A DNA stretch of 64,000 nucleotides from Macrostomum lignano (lineage: Eukaryota). A program made the translations under genes and the position numbers. Shown piece after piece: positions 1 through 11,586 of this stretch. Under the pieces are notes generated by a model. It saw nothing but the letters and a program-made list of their open reading frames with translations. It did no database searches and had not been told where the DNA came from. The stretch covers positions 34,271 through 98,270 of the forward strand of contig NIVC01003424.1 in the NCBI GenBank assembly GCA_002269645.1. Reading direction: 5' to 3'. Each line of letters starts with the position of its first letter. Position 1 is the first letter of the stretch.

Positions 1-290
1 TTACCGAGGACAATGTCCAGGCGTTGCTCCCAGCAGCAAATTTGTTACAATTGGCTGAAGTTCGAGAAGCGTGTTGTGATTTTCTACAGGGCCAGCTACA
101 CCCATCCAACTGCCTAGGCATTCTGCGCTTTGCCGATATGCACTCTTGCACCGAGCTGTACAATGCGGCTAGACAATATGCTGAGGAGTACTTTAGCAAG
201 GTTATGCAACATGTGGAAGAGTTCCTTCAGCTTTCGTATGACCAGGTGCGACAGCTGGTCTGTTCTGACCGGCTCACGTGTTCTGCCGAG
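1..290 (+). CDS. KLHL2/3: Kelch-like protein (KLHL2/KLHL3/Drosophila kelch group), BACK-domain exon, 5'-truncated by the window edge
   Basis: Frame from base 3 reads TEDNVQALLPAANLLQL...CCDFLQGQLHPSNCLGI (end of BTB/BACK). Donor GAG|GTTTGT at 290/291, phase 0. Confidence 0.92.
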
Positions 291-1646
291 GTTTGTATAG
301 GCAAGATTCATCTGTATCATTTCGAACTTGAACGTACTGCGGAAAATGTCAGTTTTCCGAATGCGAGCGTTCAGTGTCTTAAAAATGCTGTTAGGCTGTT
401 GTTTAAAAAGGATTGGAAATAGCCAATTGCGGGTACATCATTTTTTCTAATATGATTTGAAGGTAGTTGGAAATTAGCTCAAATATTTCCTTGTAATACT
501 AACTAAGCTGATCGCTCCACACTTGCTCATTGACTTTCTTTCTTCTCTGGTAGCCTATCTTTTTTGCTTAACGTATTTTTCAATTTGGTCCAAAAACGTA
601 AAACGTTACAGAAATTTCAGACAGCTTTATATTTTTGATAGAAGTACGGCTCGTACATTGTAACACGATTTAAATGTGTAAAAGCGTGCATTAAACGCTA
701 AAAGTGTGCATTAAACGCTAAAAGCGTGCTTAAATAGCTCGTGATCGCGTATTGGCTGGAGTCATTTAATGCACGATAAACATATATATATCGTGATTAC
801 AATACTACTCAATACTTGGTTTTTTTACCTTAATTTCTATGGCAATCGTGACTAAGACATTTAAGCACTAAAAACCAAGTACTGAATCCTATATTCAGAA
901 ATCAAACAAAATTGTATTCGACAACACTCACCTAGTGTTTTAGTATCTGTGTTCAAAAGTGACTTCAATTTTGCTTTGACGATGGCGCCGCTAGTTTCCG
1001 TACTCGTCTGCACTGTGCCAGCTGTGACGTCGTAATAGAGCCTACAGCAGATTCTCAGCCTCCTGAAGCTGCAGGAAGTTTCATTCTGCATTGCCGCAGA
1101 AGAAGAGATTGCGAACGCAGTCCTTGGGCTTCAACGCTGCCCACCCGTGTCTGGTGCGAAACCTCGCGTAGTGAATTCCCAAACGCCACTCGGGTGAACA
1201 TTCAGAAATCTATCGGTGACATCAGATTGCAGGCATTGCAATACAAACAAGCAGTTAAGGAACTCGGGTGTTGCAAGGCGTCTGCTGCAGCCTTTTTATG
1301 CGAGAGCCTCCCTGGACCTTTCGGACAGCTCAGTGGGTTTGCACCTGTTGGTTTTGTCACAAGCAGTCTTTTTAATAAAGAACTCGGTTCAAAGAACTCC
1401 ATAGTTGCGAGACGAATTCTGATGCTTGGGTGAAATACCTTGGAGTTTAAAGGCTCGTGTGGCGAGCCGCCAGTTCTTACAGGAATTCAGTGTGCGCGTC
1501 TGCTGAATGGAGTGGACGTCTTGAAAATTATGCTGATGACAGGAGCATTCTGTGTTGTGCCAGTAGTCCTCCGCTGCTTTAGAAAGGTGAAGAGATCTTG
1601 CTTTGGCATGGAGACAACTTTGAGAGCACGATCAGGGCTTTTGAAG

Positions 1647-1914
1647 TTTACTCAGCAACATTGAAAAGTCGCCACCCTTTGCCCTAGTGAGCATGCAGTG
1701 TCTTTCGACCAGCGTATCACCTGGCCAACCACTAATATAAAAAAATGCTCTAAAAACTATGAAAACCGGGCGGAAGCTTCAATCCATCCAATCTTCAGCC
1801 TCACCCAGCCCAACTCTGCGTCACGTGGCGCAAGTTGCGTCACTCAAAAGTCAATACTGAGCTAGAATTGACTGCATTCTCAAAGGTGGCGACTTTTTAA
1901 TGTTGTTGAGTAAA
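1647..1914. mobile_element. MITE-like inverted-repeat element in the kelch intron
   Basis: TTTACTCAGCAACATTGAAAAGTCGCCACC at 1647 is the near reverse complement of GGTGGCGACTTTTTAATGTTGTTGAGTAAA ending at 1914. No TSD seen. Confidence 0.65.
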
Positions 1915-2434
1915 GCTTATCTAGACCTCGGAATCCGATTCCCTCCTTAGGTTTATACAGTTGTAAGACTACGTTATAGTTTCTTTGTCTTCAAAGGACA
2001 ATGGGCGAGCCGATGAAAGGGCTTGGTAGATGTTTGAATCGGTGCATTATTGACTTCAGTCGCATGTGAAGCAACAGATTCCATGTTGGCTTTGTTTTTC
2101 TATTGCTGTTCGATTGCGTTAGTGCGTTCTCACCTACTGATTGCATTTAAAGCGAGACACTAAACGGCTGAAGTTCTGTAGTTAATTTGATCTAAAATAA
2201 TTTGTTCCACGTTTTCATAATCGTAGCTCGTATGACATCATACTTCATCTGGTGAGTTGCTGTGAGTTGCTAATATAATGTCTTAATCATTTGTTGAGAC
2301 ATTGTATTACATTTTCACTTGTATGTCTGTACTGGATCCTTTTTGGGTTACTTTTTTTTAAAAAAAATTTAAAATGTCGAACATTGAGAAGTTTTATTTT
2401 TAATCACTGCATCTCATTTTTATCAAACACACAG

Positions 2435-3568
2435 GTCGAAGTGATTGAAGCCGTGTTCAGGTGGATCAAGCACGACCTCTCAGGCAGGCAACACCACGCT
2501 GACTCGCTTCTATCCCATGTGCGGTTCGCTCATCTTCCACAGGAATACCTATTACACATAGTCGAGGAGGAAGCACTGCTCAAAGAAAGCCTGCGGTGCA
2601 AGGATTTTCTGATAGAGGCGCTGCGCTATCACCTACTTAAGCCCGACCAGAAGGCTAAGTATCGTAGCGAACGAACCCGGCCGCGCAACCCTGTTGGCCT
2701 ACCCAAGATCCTGATTGTAATAGGTGGCCAGGCACCGAAGGCAATTCGTACGGTAGAGTGCTTCAGCTTTAAGGAGGAGCGCTGGTATCCGGTCTCCGAG
2801 ATGCCTTCCCGTCGTTGCCGCTGTGGCGTAGCGTTAGTTGGCGGTCTAGTCTATGCCGTCGGTGGCTTCAACGGTTCTCTGCGTGTGCGCACCTGTGAAG
2901 TTTATGATCCAGTCCGGGATGAATGGGCCACTGTGGCTAACATGGAAGCTCGCCGGTCCACTCTCGGCGTAGCATCGCTTGATGGTCTTGTGTATGCCGT
3001 CGGCGGCTTTGATGGCTCAAGTGGCCTTAACACGGCTGAAGTCTACAACCCAGCCGGTAATAAATGGAGCCTCATCGCTCCCATGTCCACACGGCGCAGC
3101 TCAGTCGGTGTAGGTATCCTTGCCGGCTGTCTCTACGCTGTCGGAGGCTACGATGGACAGAGTCGACAGTGTCTAGCCAGTGTAGAGCGCTATGATCCGG
3201 CTCAAGACGCCTGGCACCCAGTGGCTGACATGACCTGCCGCCGCAGCGGCGCTGGCGTCGGCACCCTGGATGGCCAACTTTACGCAGTCGGCGGACACGA
3301 CGGGCCACTTGTTAGGAACAGTGTTGAGCGGCTAAATCCATGCTCCGGCGCTTGGTCTGTTGTGGCTAATATGCATCTTTGTCGGCGTAATGCTGGTGTT
3401 GTCGCCTACAATGGTTTTTTATTTGTGGTTGGTGGTGATGACGGCTCCTCAAATCTGGGATCTGTGGAGCGGTACGATCCTCGAACGGACTCTTGGGTGC
3501 TTCTGCCCAATAGCATGATGACGGGCCGCAGTTATGCCGGTGTGGCAGTTATTGATAGTCCACTCTAA
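2435..3568 (+). CDS. KLHL2/3: Kelch-like protein, terminal exon with six kelch repeats
   Basis: Acceptor ACAG|GTC at 2434/2435, in frame with the upstream exon (SAE-VEVIEAVFRW). PKILIVIGGQAPKAIRTVECF and repeated YAVGG motifs typical of KLHL2/3. TAA at 3566-3568, AATAAA ~20 nt downstream. Confidence 0.95.
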   Translation, partial: VEVIEAVFRWIKHDLSGRQHHADSLLSHVRFAHLPQEYLLHIVEEEALLKESLRCKDFLIEALRYHLLKPDQKAKYRSERTRPRNPVGLPKILIVIGGQAPKAIRTVECFSFKEERWYPVSEMPSRRCRCGVALVGGLVYAVGGFNGSLRVRTCEVYDPVRDEWATVANMEARRSTLGVASLDGLVYAVGGFDGSSGLNTAEVYNPAGNKWSLIAPMSTRRSSVGVGILAGCLYAVGGYDGQSRQCLASVERYDPAQDAWHPVADMTCRRSGAGVGTLDGQLYAVGGHDGPLVRNSVERLNPCSGAWSVVANMHLCRRNAGVVAYNGFLFVVGGDDGSSNLGSVERYDPRTDSWVLLPNSMMTGRSYAGVAVIDSPL

Positions 3569-4232
3569 CATTTGGTCTCGTTTTTTAATAAACACATATA
3601 TGACCGAGAAGTCTGAGTTACTGTTATAGACTTGTGTAAATAGGTTATTTCTGCATGGTAGTTTGATATTTGACTCATTTACATCATGATCTATCAGTTG
3701 GCGATATTTTTCTCTTATCGCTTAAAACTCCATTGTTAAGTCTTGTGTTTAGTATATTTCTGTGCCCAGGTTTCAAGTCGCAACTAATTCGTATTACTTG
3801 CTTTAAAATAGTTTAGGCCACTGTTAGCTAGCTCGTAAATACAGTGAATTACTAGCTGTAGCCGATTGATTCGGTTCACCAATAGTGTTTCTGTTGTGTT
3901 CGTTATGTTTTATACTTGAAGATAGGGGCGTCGGCGTATGTAATAAGTAGCAGTAGTCGACTGAAAAATACTAGTAGTATATAAATGCAAAAGATGAGCT
4001 CATTTTTGATGCAAAACAACGTTTTGTTTGTTTGGTTTTAATCTTTACATAGGGATATGTTAATGAATTGCTTCTAGAGATAGCTCGTAGCTTCACCTCG
4101 GGATATTCTCTATGGTTATATTCTCGTTTCAGTGTTTTAGCTCGTAATCTGCTTGCATAGTTTGTTGTTTTTCCAAAATTTTGTATCAAAACATTTCGCA
4201 GGTATGCCGTGTGGCTTGTATTTTTGTGCTAA

Positions 4233-4665
4233 TATACTATACCTTTTTGCAATCAATTTCGTCGTTTTTGCGTTCGGTTTCGGCGCGAGCGCTAGTGTGC
4301 GGTCCAAACAACTGAGCCATAGACACTGGGCAACTTTTGCGTTCAAATTCGGCCTTTTTGCGTCCTATTTCGGCAGCGCAATCACATGGGCCGCACTGTG
4401 GGCACAGTTCGAATGTTTTTGCCATAGACACTTTCTCACTCGATCGCATTCAGTGAGGGTGGGACGAAAAATTTGTCTCCTAAAGCAGGCCTATAGTCGT
4501 CTCCGCAAGTGCCGAAATAGTGCCGAAATAGAACGCAAAAAGGCCGAATTTGAACGCAAGAGTTGTCCAGTGTCTATGGCTCAGTTGTTTAGACTGCACA
4601 CTAGCGCTCGTGCCGAAATTGAACGCAAAAACGACGAGATTGATTGCAAAAAGGTATATAGTATA
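4233..4665. mobile_element. Foldback/MITE with ~150-bp inverted arms
   Basis: 4233-4378 is the reverse complement of 4519-4665 with scattered mismatches. Confidence 0.75.
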
Positions 4666-5520
4666 GCATAGCTTTTGTCGCGCTATGTGAAACACTGGGC
4701 CTGCAAAACGGAATTCTATGGCCAAGCGTTTAAACAAGACATAGACAACTCTATTTGTCATGCTAGCTATATGGAGCGATAAGCCGGAATAGAAGGAACG
4801 GTTTGAATTTTTAAAGAAAGAATAAAAACTGACAATAATGATGCATATTTTTCACAAATTGATAGCATCAAAATGTACTTAGCTCTTAAACAGGTCAACT
4901 CTTAAACAGATGTCGCCGCAAACACTATTAAAGCAATCTGTTGCAGCGCAGCTCCCAACCAGTGCATTTGTCAGCAGTGATTGCTTGGCCAACGGTTTCT
5001 GCCGCCTCTCGCTCGAGTAACATGAATCCACTGCTCAAGTGTCACTCCTTCAGGATTTGTGTTGAAATTCTGTTTCGGGAAAATTTGGGCCATCCATAAA
5101 AATTACCCAGTTTCCGTTAGGCCCCAGTTGATGGCAGCGGTCTGCTAAGTGGCAGCTTCCAAACTGCCGGCTTGATTGAATGTTGACCGAATGCGCTGAA
5201 CAGAAGAATCGGATACTTTTGACACCCTTCATCGGCAGTCCACAGTGCAAGGTGGCGACGATACGCTGTGGATCACGTTCAGAAATTTGCGGACCCTATA
5301 GTTTAACTCGATTAACCGATAGAAAATGAAAACGTCTTGTTGTCTCTGTGAAAAACTCAAACCGGTCCTTCTATTCTGGCTCGTTCCATATAGCATGACA
5401 AATCGAGTTGTCTTATGGCTTGCTTTCTCGAGTTAGTTCAAATGCTTGGCCATAGAATTCTATAGGCCGTTCCGTTTTGCATGCCCACTGTTTCACATAG
5501 CACGACGAAGGCAATACTAT
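4666..5520. mobile_element. Second inverted-repeat element abutting the first
   Basis: 4666-4812 is a diverged reverse complement of 5351-5520 (e.g. GAATTCTATGGCCAAGC / GCTTGGCCATAGAATTC). Confidence 0.7.
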
Positions 5521-6249
5521 TATTGTGCAGAATTTTATCGGCACACTAGAAATTCTGACTGAAGAGTTGATAAAAATTTATCACATGCCCTTGCATCCAA
5601 ACGTAATTGATTGTTAAGTCATGTTTAATCTGTTCGAATAGATTCGTATGGCAGTATGAAACTTTAATGTTTCTAATAAAGAAAATTAACAAATGATAAG
5701 TACGTGAACTCCTACATGCACCATATCGGTTTATTTAAACGATCTGTATTATTTATGCAAATAGACATATAGATAGGCACAAGACAAATTTATTAGTTTA
5801 ATCGATGGTTGAGGTTTTAAAGCTAGTACTATCTGCTGGGATCGGCGGTCCTACCGTTATTGCAGCAGGCTGTGGTGTGAGATGATTTGAGGTGCAAGTG
5901 GTGAGTGAGTGCAATTCTTTTACTCAATAAATGCTAGGAAGATACTCGATCGATTACTTTAAACGTTTAGCTCTCGGTGAAAAAAATTGACTAGACTTGC
6001 AGGCGTGGCCTGTGCCTGGGGTGTATATCTACGGACGTGCCTTTTCTCAGGCCACTCCGATCGGTTCGCCATTCTAGGCAGAAGTAGAATCGCGGGGTGC
6101 AGGCGGCGTCAACCCCTCCGTTGGACCAAGCCAATTATTAAATTACTTAATGCACTTTACTTTTTACTAATTATATACCGTGATCGCAAATTGTCAAAGA
6201 AGAATCCACCTTGATCATGTAGTTCTATTGTTAAAGCACACTCGGCAAA

Positions 6250-6617
6250 AGAATAATGATCGCATTGATATGCAGGGAAGACTTTTTCAGTGGGCTCTTG
6301 CGCTGGCGAGTCTACATGTATACGATACACTAAATTCCCAATTCCCAAAAGTGAGAGTTAAAAATGGAAAATGGCAGCTCAGTCGGCTATTGCGCGGCGC
6401 ATCTGAAGGCTGCGTACGGCTGTTCAGTCCAATGATTGGGGATCGCCACACATCCTCAATTACCCCAGCTAATGCTGGCACCCATTTTACAGCTGCGTAA
6501 GAGCAATGCAGAGTTGTGTCCTGCTCAAGGGCACAAATTGTTCCAGTGAGATCGGGAATCGAATATTGAACCCCCACCTCCCAGTCGAGGATCCGACACT
6601 GTATAACCACTAAGCTC
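6250..6617 (-). mobile_element. tRNA-derived CORE-type SINE
   Basis: Minus strand has an A-box-like GGAGCTTAGTGG, a degraded B-box (GGTTCAA...TTCGATTCC), then TTGTGCCCTTGAGCAGGACAC and CAGCTGTAAAATGGGT, which resemble the CORE domain. Its 3' part (AGACTCGCCAGCGCAAG...CAATGCGATC) recurs on the minus strand at ~48260-48325. Confidence 0.7.
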
Positions 6618-7544
6618 CCTCTGGAAAATAAACAAGATAGCACCACAAGATAATCTGCGAATCTTGTCAAATTCACTACCGATTTCCTTGTTTGGGGTGC
6701 GAAACTGGTGAAACCACCGGATTCGTCACCAGGTGATTTTTGTGTTATCTGGTTTAACTGTTATCTAAATTTCACCAGATAACATGGCCCGAATCTTGCT
6801 TAGAAATCATTACATGACAAGATTCGTCACCAGATAACTTTTTGTTTTCTTGTTTGACTGTTATCTGGTGAGTTATCTGAATTTCACAGGATAACATGGC
6901 TTGAATCTTGTTTGAAAATTGGATAACAATACAAGATTTCAATCAAGATAACTGTGTTATCCGGGTCTGCAAGAAACCTGTGTGAATCTGAAATTCGCCA
7001 GAAAACATGATGCGAATTTGGTTTGCAAACCAGATAATAGAACAAGTTTTCATCACGATAACTTTATCAAATGGCTTAAGGCAGCTGCTATGCTGACCTG
7101 CGAGGGGTAAAGTGCCATATATCAGCAAACGCTGTGCAGGTGATAGCTTTGTTGGCTCTCCGACAAACTAATGCATTCTTATTGGGCTAGAGGTTTGACT
7201 CCTAATGGCATGTAGTCTGTCGCGGTTATTTATAAATTATCTATAGATCACCCTATTGTCTGGTGCAGCTGGGTGTCTAGATGGAGCTGTGGCATGGTTC
7301 CAAAAGCTTCTACTGGCCCAGTGTCTAAGGTAGCCTTTTCTATTTTAAGACAGACGTTATTCTAGCTCTTGCTGGAGCATGCCCAATGGGTTGTCTAAAG
7401 CGTCTGCTGTGTTGGTGTATGGCCACCAGCGAGGGGTAATGGAACCCCGCTTCAACCGACGAATCAGAGTTGAGCAGTTGACTGAAAATTCTGACCTGCG
7501 AGGGGTATATCATCACGTCTGTTGTGGCTCAATGCAGCTGCTAA

Positions 7545-7740
7545 GAGTAGTCACTTTTATTTGACTACGCGGGTCAATCTTTGATCCGAGGAGTAATAAA
7601 GCCTCGTGATGGAGTAGTCACTTTTAATTGACTACGCGGGTCAATCTTTGATCCGAGGAGTAATAAAGCCTTGTGATGGAGTAGTCACTTTTATTTGACT
7701 ACGCGGGTCAATCTTTGATCCGAGGGGTAATAAAGCCTCG
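7545..7740. repeat. 67-bp tandem repeat (~3 copies) of hairpin-forming units, inside a diverged ~670-bp duplication (7200-8260)
   Basis: Unit GAGTAGTCACTTTTATTTGACTACGCGGGTCAATCTTTGATCCGAGGAGTAATAAAGCCTCGTGATG starts at 7545, 7612 and 7679. TGGCATGTAGTCTGTC recurs at ~7206 and ~7875. Confidence 0.85.
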
Positions 7741-8416
7741 CAATTGCAAGGTCAATTGATCTGATTTTCGGGGGCACTATAGCGTCCGTAATGCGAGGCT
7801 GTGCCCATCCTCCGTACAGGTGACAATTAAAAATTGTTGCGCCCTGATTGTGTGCGAGAGGTTCGACTACCACTGGCATGTAGTCTGTCACAGCTGCTAG
7901 TGTGTCGACGGGCTGAATGATTCTTCGTCATATTTGACGCTTAGTAGCTTAAATCAGCCAACCATATTGTTTGGCACAGCTGGGTGTCTAGACTGAGACT
8001 GTGGCATAGTTCCAAATAGCTCTAACTGGCCCAGTATTCAAAGCAGCTTTCCTATTAAGATAGATGCTAATCCTAATTATGTCGGTACATGCTCCACTGG
8101 TTTGTCTAAGGCGTTTGCAGTTGCACCAGCCGTAAGCAGATCAAGTCTAGAGTAGTCGATACAGACTACGAGAGTCGGTGATCATGTCGAGGGGTAATAA
8201 ATCCTCGATCAAGTCTAGAGTAGTCGAATGTCCGCACTCGCAACCCGATGTTTCCAAATCTGGCTCACACGTCGACTGCCATCAGATTCTCGTCCGAGCC
8301 CAGCAAGTCAGACCTGCGACTGAGCAATCGGTCGCAGCAGATCGCCAATCCAGTAGCATCAATTAGTAACCACAGTATAAGTAGATCTACTTTTAACTGG
8401 ACTACCGAAACTCAGA

Positions 8417-9895
8417 GGTTTACCCCCGATTCGCCGATTCCTGGTTCGCCGAAATTCCCGAGTCGCCGATTCCCGATTTGCCAAAATTCCTGATTTGCTG
8501 AAATTCCTTATTTGCCGAAATTCCTCATTTGCCGAATCCCGACTTGCCGATTTCCTGATTCGCCGAATTTCCTCATTAGCCGAAATTCCTGATTCGCCGA
8601 AATTCTTATCCTGATTGGATGGAATTATAAAATGGAAATGGGTGGCGGGGATCGGGAGGGATACTGATAGGGTGGAGAGGAAGTCGGTCATCAGAGTATA
8701 TAAAGACCATCCTGTGGCGCATCAGAGACGTGCTATTTTTTATTTTTCATTGAGTACTGACTGTACCAAGAAACTCTACTAAAGCATTTCTTATATCCAA
8801 ACACAACAATATTTTCTATTTAAGAGTGAATTAATCGTTTCGCAATGGCTCAGGCAGGCCCACCCGAAAGGGCGGAGTTTATAAGGAGCGAAAGAGGAGG
8901 CCAGCTTCCTATCGTGAAGGTTTACCTTTTTCGCCTAGACAGAAGAACGGAAATCACTTCATACTTTAAGTGCCAACAGACTGGCTGCAATTTCCGGGCC
9001 AAAGTTGAAAATGGCCTGGTGACATCAACGACAAGCTTGCATGAGCATCCTCCGCCGTCGTCGGACGCTATTAAGCGCAAGAACTTCGCGGAAGAAATGA
9101 AGCAACAAGCCAGAGAATCCGCTCTTCCCATCAAGCGGCTCTATCGTGAAAAGATTACAGCAAGTGCTGCAGAGGGAGCCGAATTGGGCACCCTGCCAAC
9201 ATTCGCGAGCGTTAAGACAGCTGCTTACAACGCTCGACTCTCGGTGATCCCCTTTGCCTCCCACGGCTCAAGCCTACGAAGTTGAGGCAGAAGTTTTGAA
9301 CAACTTCACGGTAGGACTCCCGCGCAATGAATCCAGCAGGGAATCGAATTGTCGGCTTCTCAATGGACGCACTGATCGCTCGACTTGGCGAATGTGAACA
9401 AATTCAGATTGACGGTACCTTCAGTTGCTGCCTTCAAATTTTTTACCAGCTGTTTATCATTTATGGCAAAGTACTGAATGCATGGGAGCCACTTGTATTT
9501 TTCTTGCTCCCAGCAAAGGACCAGAAGACTTATGAGGCCTGCTGGGACCTAGTACAGGCAGACTCGAAGAGTCGTCGGTCAAGATTGCTAGGCAACTAAA
9601 ATTATCTCGAATTTTGAAGTTGGCAGCATGAACGCTGTGATCAGCAAATGGCCATGTTTCCCTGCTCCTACGCTGCGAGGTTGTTTTTTTCACTTTTTCC
9701 AGCAAATCAGAAATTTCGGCAAATCGGGAATTCTGGCGAACCAGGAATCGGCGAATCGGGATTCGGCAAATCAGGAAATTCGGCGAATCAGGAAATCGGC
9801 AAGTCGGGATTCGGCAAATGAGGAATTTCGGCAAATCGGGAATCGGCGATTCGGGAATTTCGGCGAACCAGGAATCGGCGAATCGGGGGTAAACC
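8417..9895. mobile_element. Mutator-like (MULE) element with long TIRs built of 11-12-bp subrepeats
   Basis: GGTTTACCCCCGATTCGCCGATTCCTGGTTCGCCGAAATTCCC at 8417 and its exact reverse complement ending at 9895. Each arm is ~190 bp of CCGAAATTCC(C/T)GATT(C/T)G-type units. Only a 2-bp flank match (GA/GA), no 9-bp TSD. Confidence 0.85.
8845..9705 (+). pseudogene. FLYWCH + MULE DDE transposase, frameshifted and 3'-truncated
   Basis: FIRSERGG...YFKCQQTGC..R....H.HPP (FLYWCH), then DGTFSCCLQIFYQLFII...PLVFFLLPAK and RGCFFHF in other frames. The sequence then runs directly into the right TIR. Confidence 0.88.
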
Positions 9896-11586
9896 GAGCA
9901 TAGTACCAGCTCACATCGGAATATGCCTTCAGCCAATAGGAAGGAACGGGGGAAAGGGATGCTATAAGTGAAGATCGAGCGAGACAAAAATAAGTGGTTC
10001 AGATTAGCACTCTATTCTATTCTTTCCTGTCCTGTCTAGGCATCTTGTCTAGCTCTAGTAATGCAAGTAACTAGCTGTTTAAAAAAGTACCACAGAGAAT
10101 TTTGGTCTAATTCAAGTGTATGGACTTGTCTATGGTCGAAAATTGGAGCTCGAGAATTTGGGATATTGGCAGGAAAATTTCAGGAAAACTGGGGTATGGA
10201 CGTAATTTTCTATTACTAATTTTCTATTAAAGTGTCTGAATTTAAGTTCTGCTTGTTTCTTTTAAACAAGACTTTGTTCAAAATAGGAGGTAAAATGGTG
10301 TGTTGGCTTTAGCTTTAATAGCTACATTGGCTCTCTATATTAGATCGGTACTCTTTGGGCTAGAGTGTAACGTAATTTCTTTGATGTATATTTTTTTATT
10401 TAACGTGAGCAATCTCCAAAAACAACGGAATTTGTCAGCAAACAGGTCAGTGCTCTAGTTGTAAAGCAGGCACCTTGAAAATAACCATTTCTTATTGATT
10501 TCGTACAAGTAAAATTAACAGCTACGATAATTTTAAAGCACAACTCGAACTACGTGTACGTATGATAAAGTCGAGGATATTAATTCAAAGACTACTAACG
10601 TAGAAGCATGCAACACTCAAAATCTATGGATCTTTGTGCTGAAAAATGAAAACTTCCTATCTCCGTAGTGTATTTTGAAAAAATGAAAACTTTTCCCATG
10701 AAACGTGAGTGTCGCGTCCTGTATATACGTTGCTGTAGTTGTCCTTGCATAAATTACATCTGGACTGTTTATTTAAATTCCCATTCTTGTGAAAAGGAGT
10801 ACTTAGAGAAGATATATACACATTCGGATATCTTTTTGCTAAGCATATTGAACTATCTTGTTGAAAAACAAAAGTATATGAAAAAGTGGTCGAGCCTTTA
10901 CGAATGAACTTATACCATTAGAAACAGACACAAATGAATAAACAAATACACTGTGGATTGGTTTGTATATATATTTTTTATAATTATCAAAAACCAAACA
11001 GCAAAGCATCAAAACATTTCTCACGCATGATGATGACGTCCGATCTCCGCCGCACAAAAGCAACACCAACTCTAGCTAAAGAGTAGTGAGATGGGAACCG
11101 TACGTTGCCAAAGCATATCGAGTATCATATATCATAGAGATGAATAGCATGCATGACATGTACCGGTCAGGGAACACTGAATATATCAAAGTGACACTCC
11201 CAAAAACTGTTAAGTACTAAGCTATATAGAAACGATTCGACCTGGCCCGCCTCGGCCCCACTATTTGGGGTGCACTTCGATAGCTATATCAAGTGCAGCG
11301 TTCTCTGCACCGGCGCACTAATCTGAACATGCACTAAAATACACTAGTTGTTGGATAGAAAGAGGCACTAGGGGTCGCAAATTCGGAAACACAAAGAACC
11401 TATTAATAAACACCGATACCCTCACTAGTTTCGCTGGTTATAATAAGCAAATTCACCAAATGGATCGCAAATAAAAAAATGAACTTTTGTTACAAACTTT
11501 TATAAATACCATACGATCTCTTTCAGGATTCGAAAATGTAGGCAAAAAGAAAGCGTAGGCAAAAAGAAAGCTTTGGCCAAATACAA

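Noticed and set aside
860-1640. Short ORFs in the kelch intron
   Set aside because: Multiple stops in all frames and no motif I can recognise.
3566-3620. Stop-codon readthrough as in Drosophila kelch
   Set aside because: The stop is TAA, not TGA-C, and the in-frame downstream sequence closes after ~15 codons and contains the AATAAA signal.
4153-4761. ORFs on both strands with repeated peptide blocks
   Set aside because: Explained by the inverted-repeat arms; no domain similarity.
7090-7115. HDV-like ribozyme core TACCCCTCGCAGGT on the minus strand
   Set aside because: P3/L3 register does not fit (no U20-G25 arrangement) and no P1/P2 partners were found.
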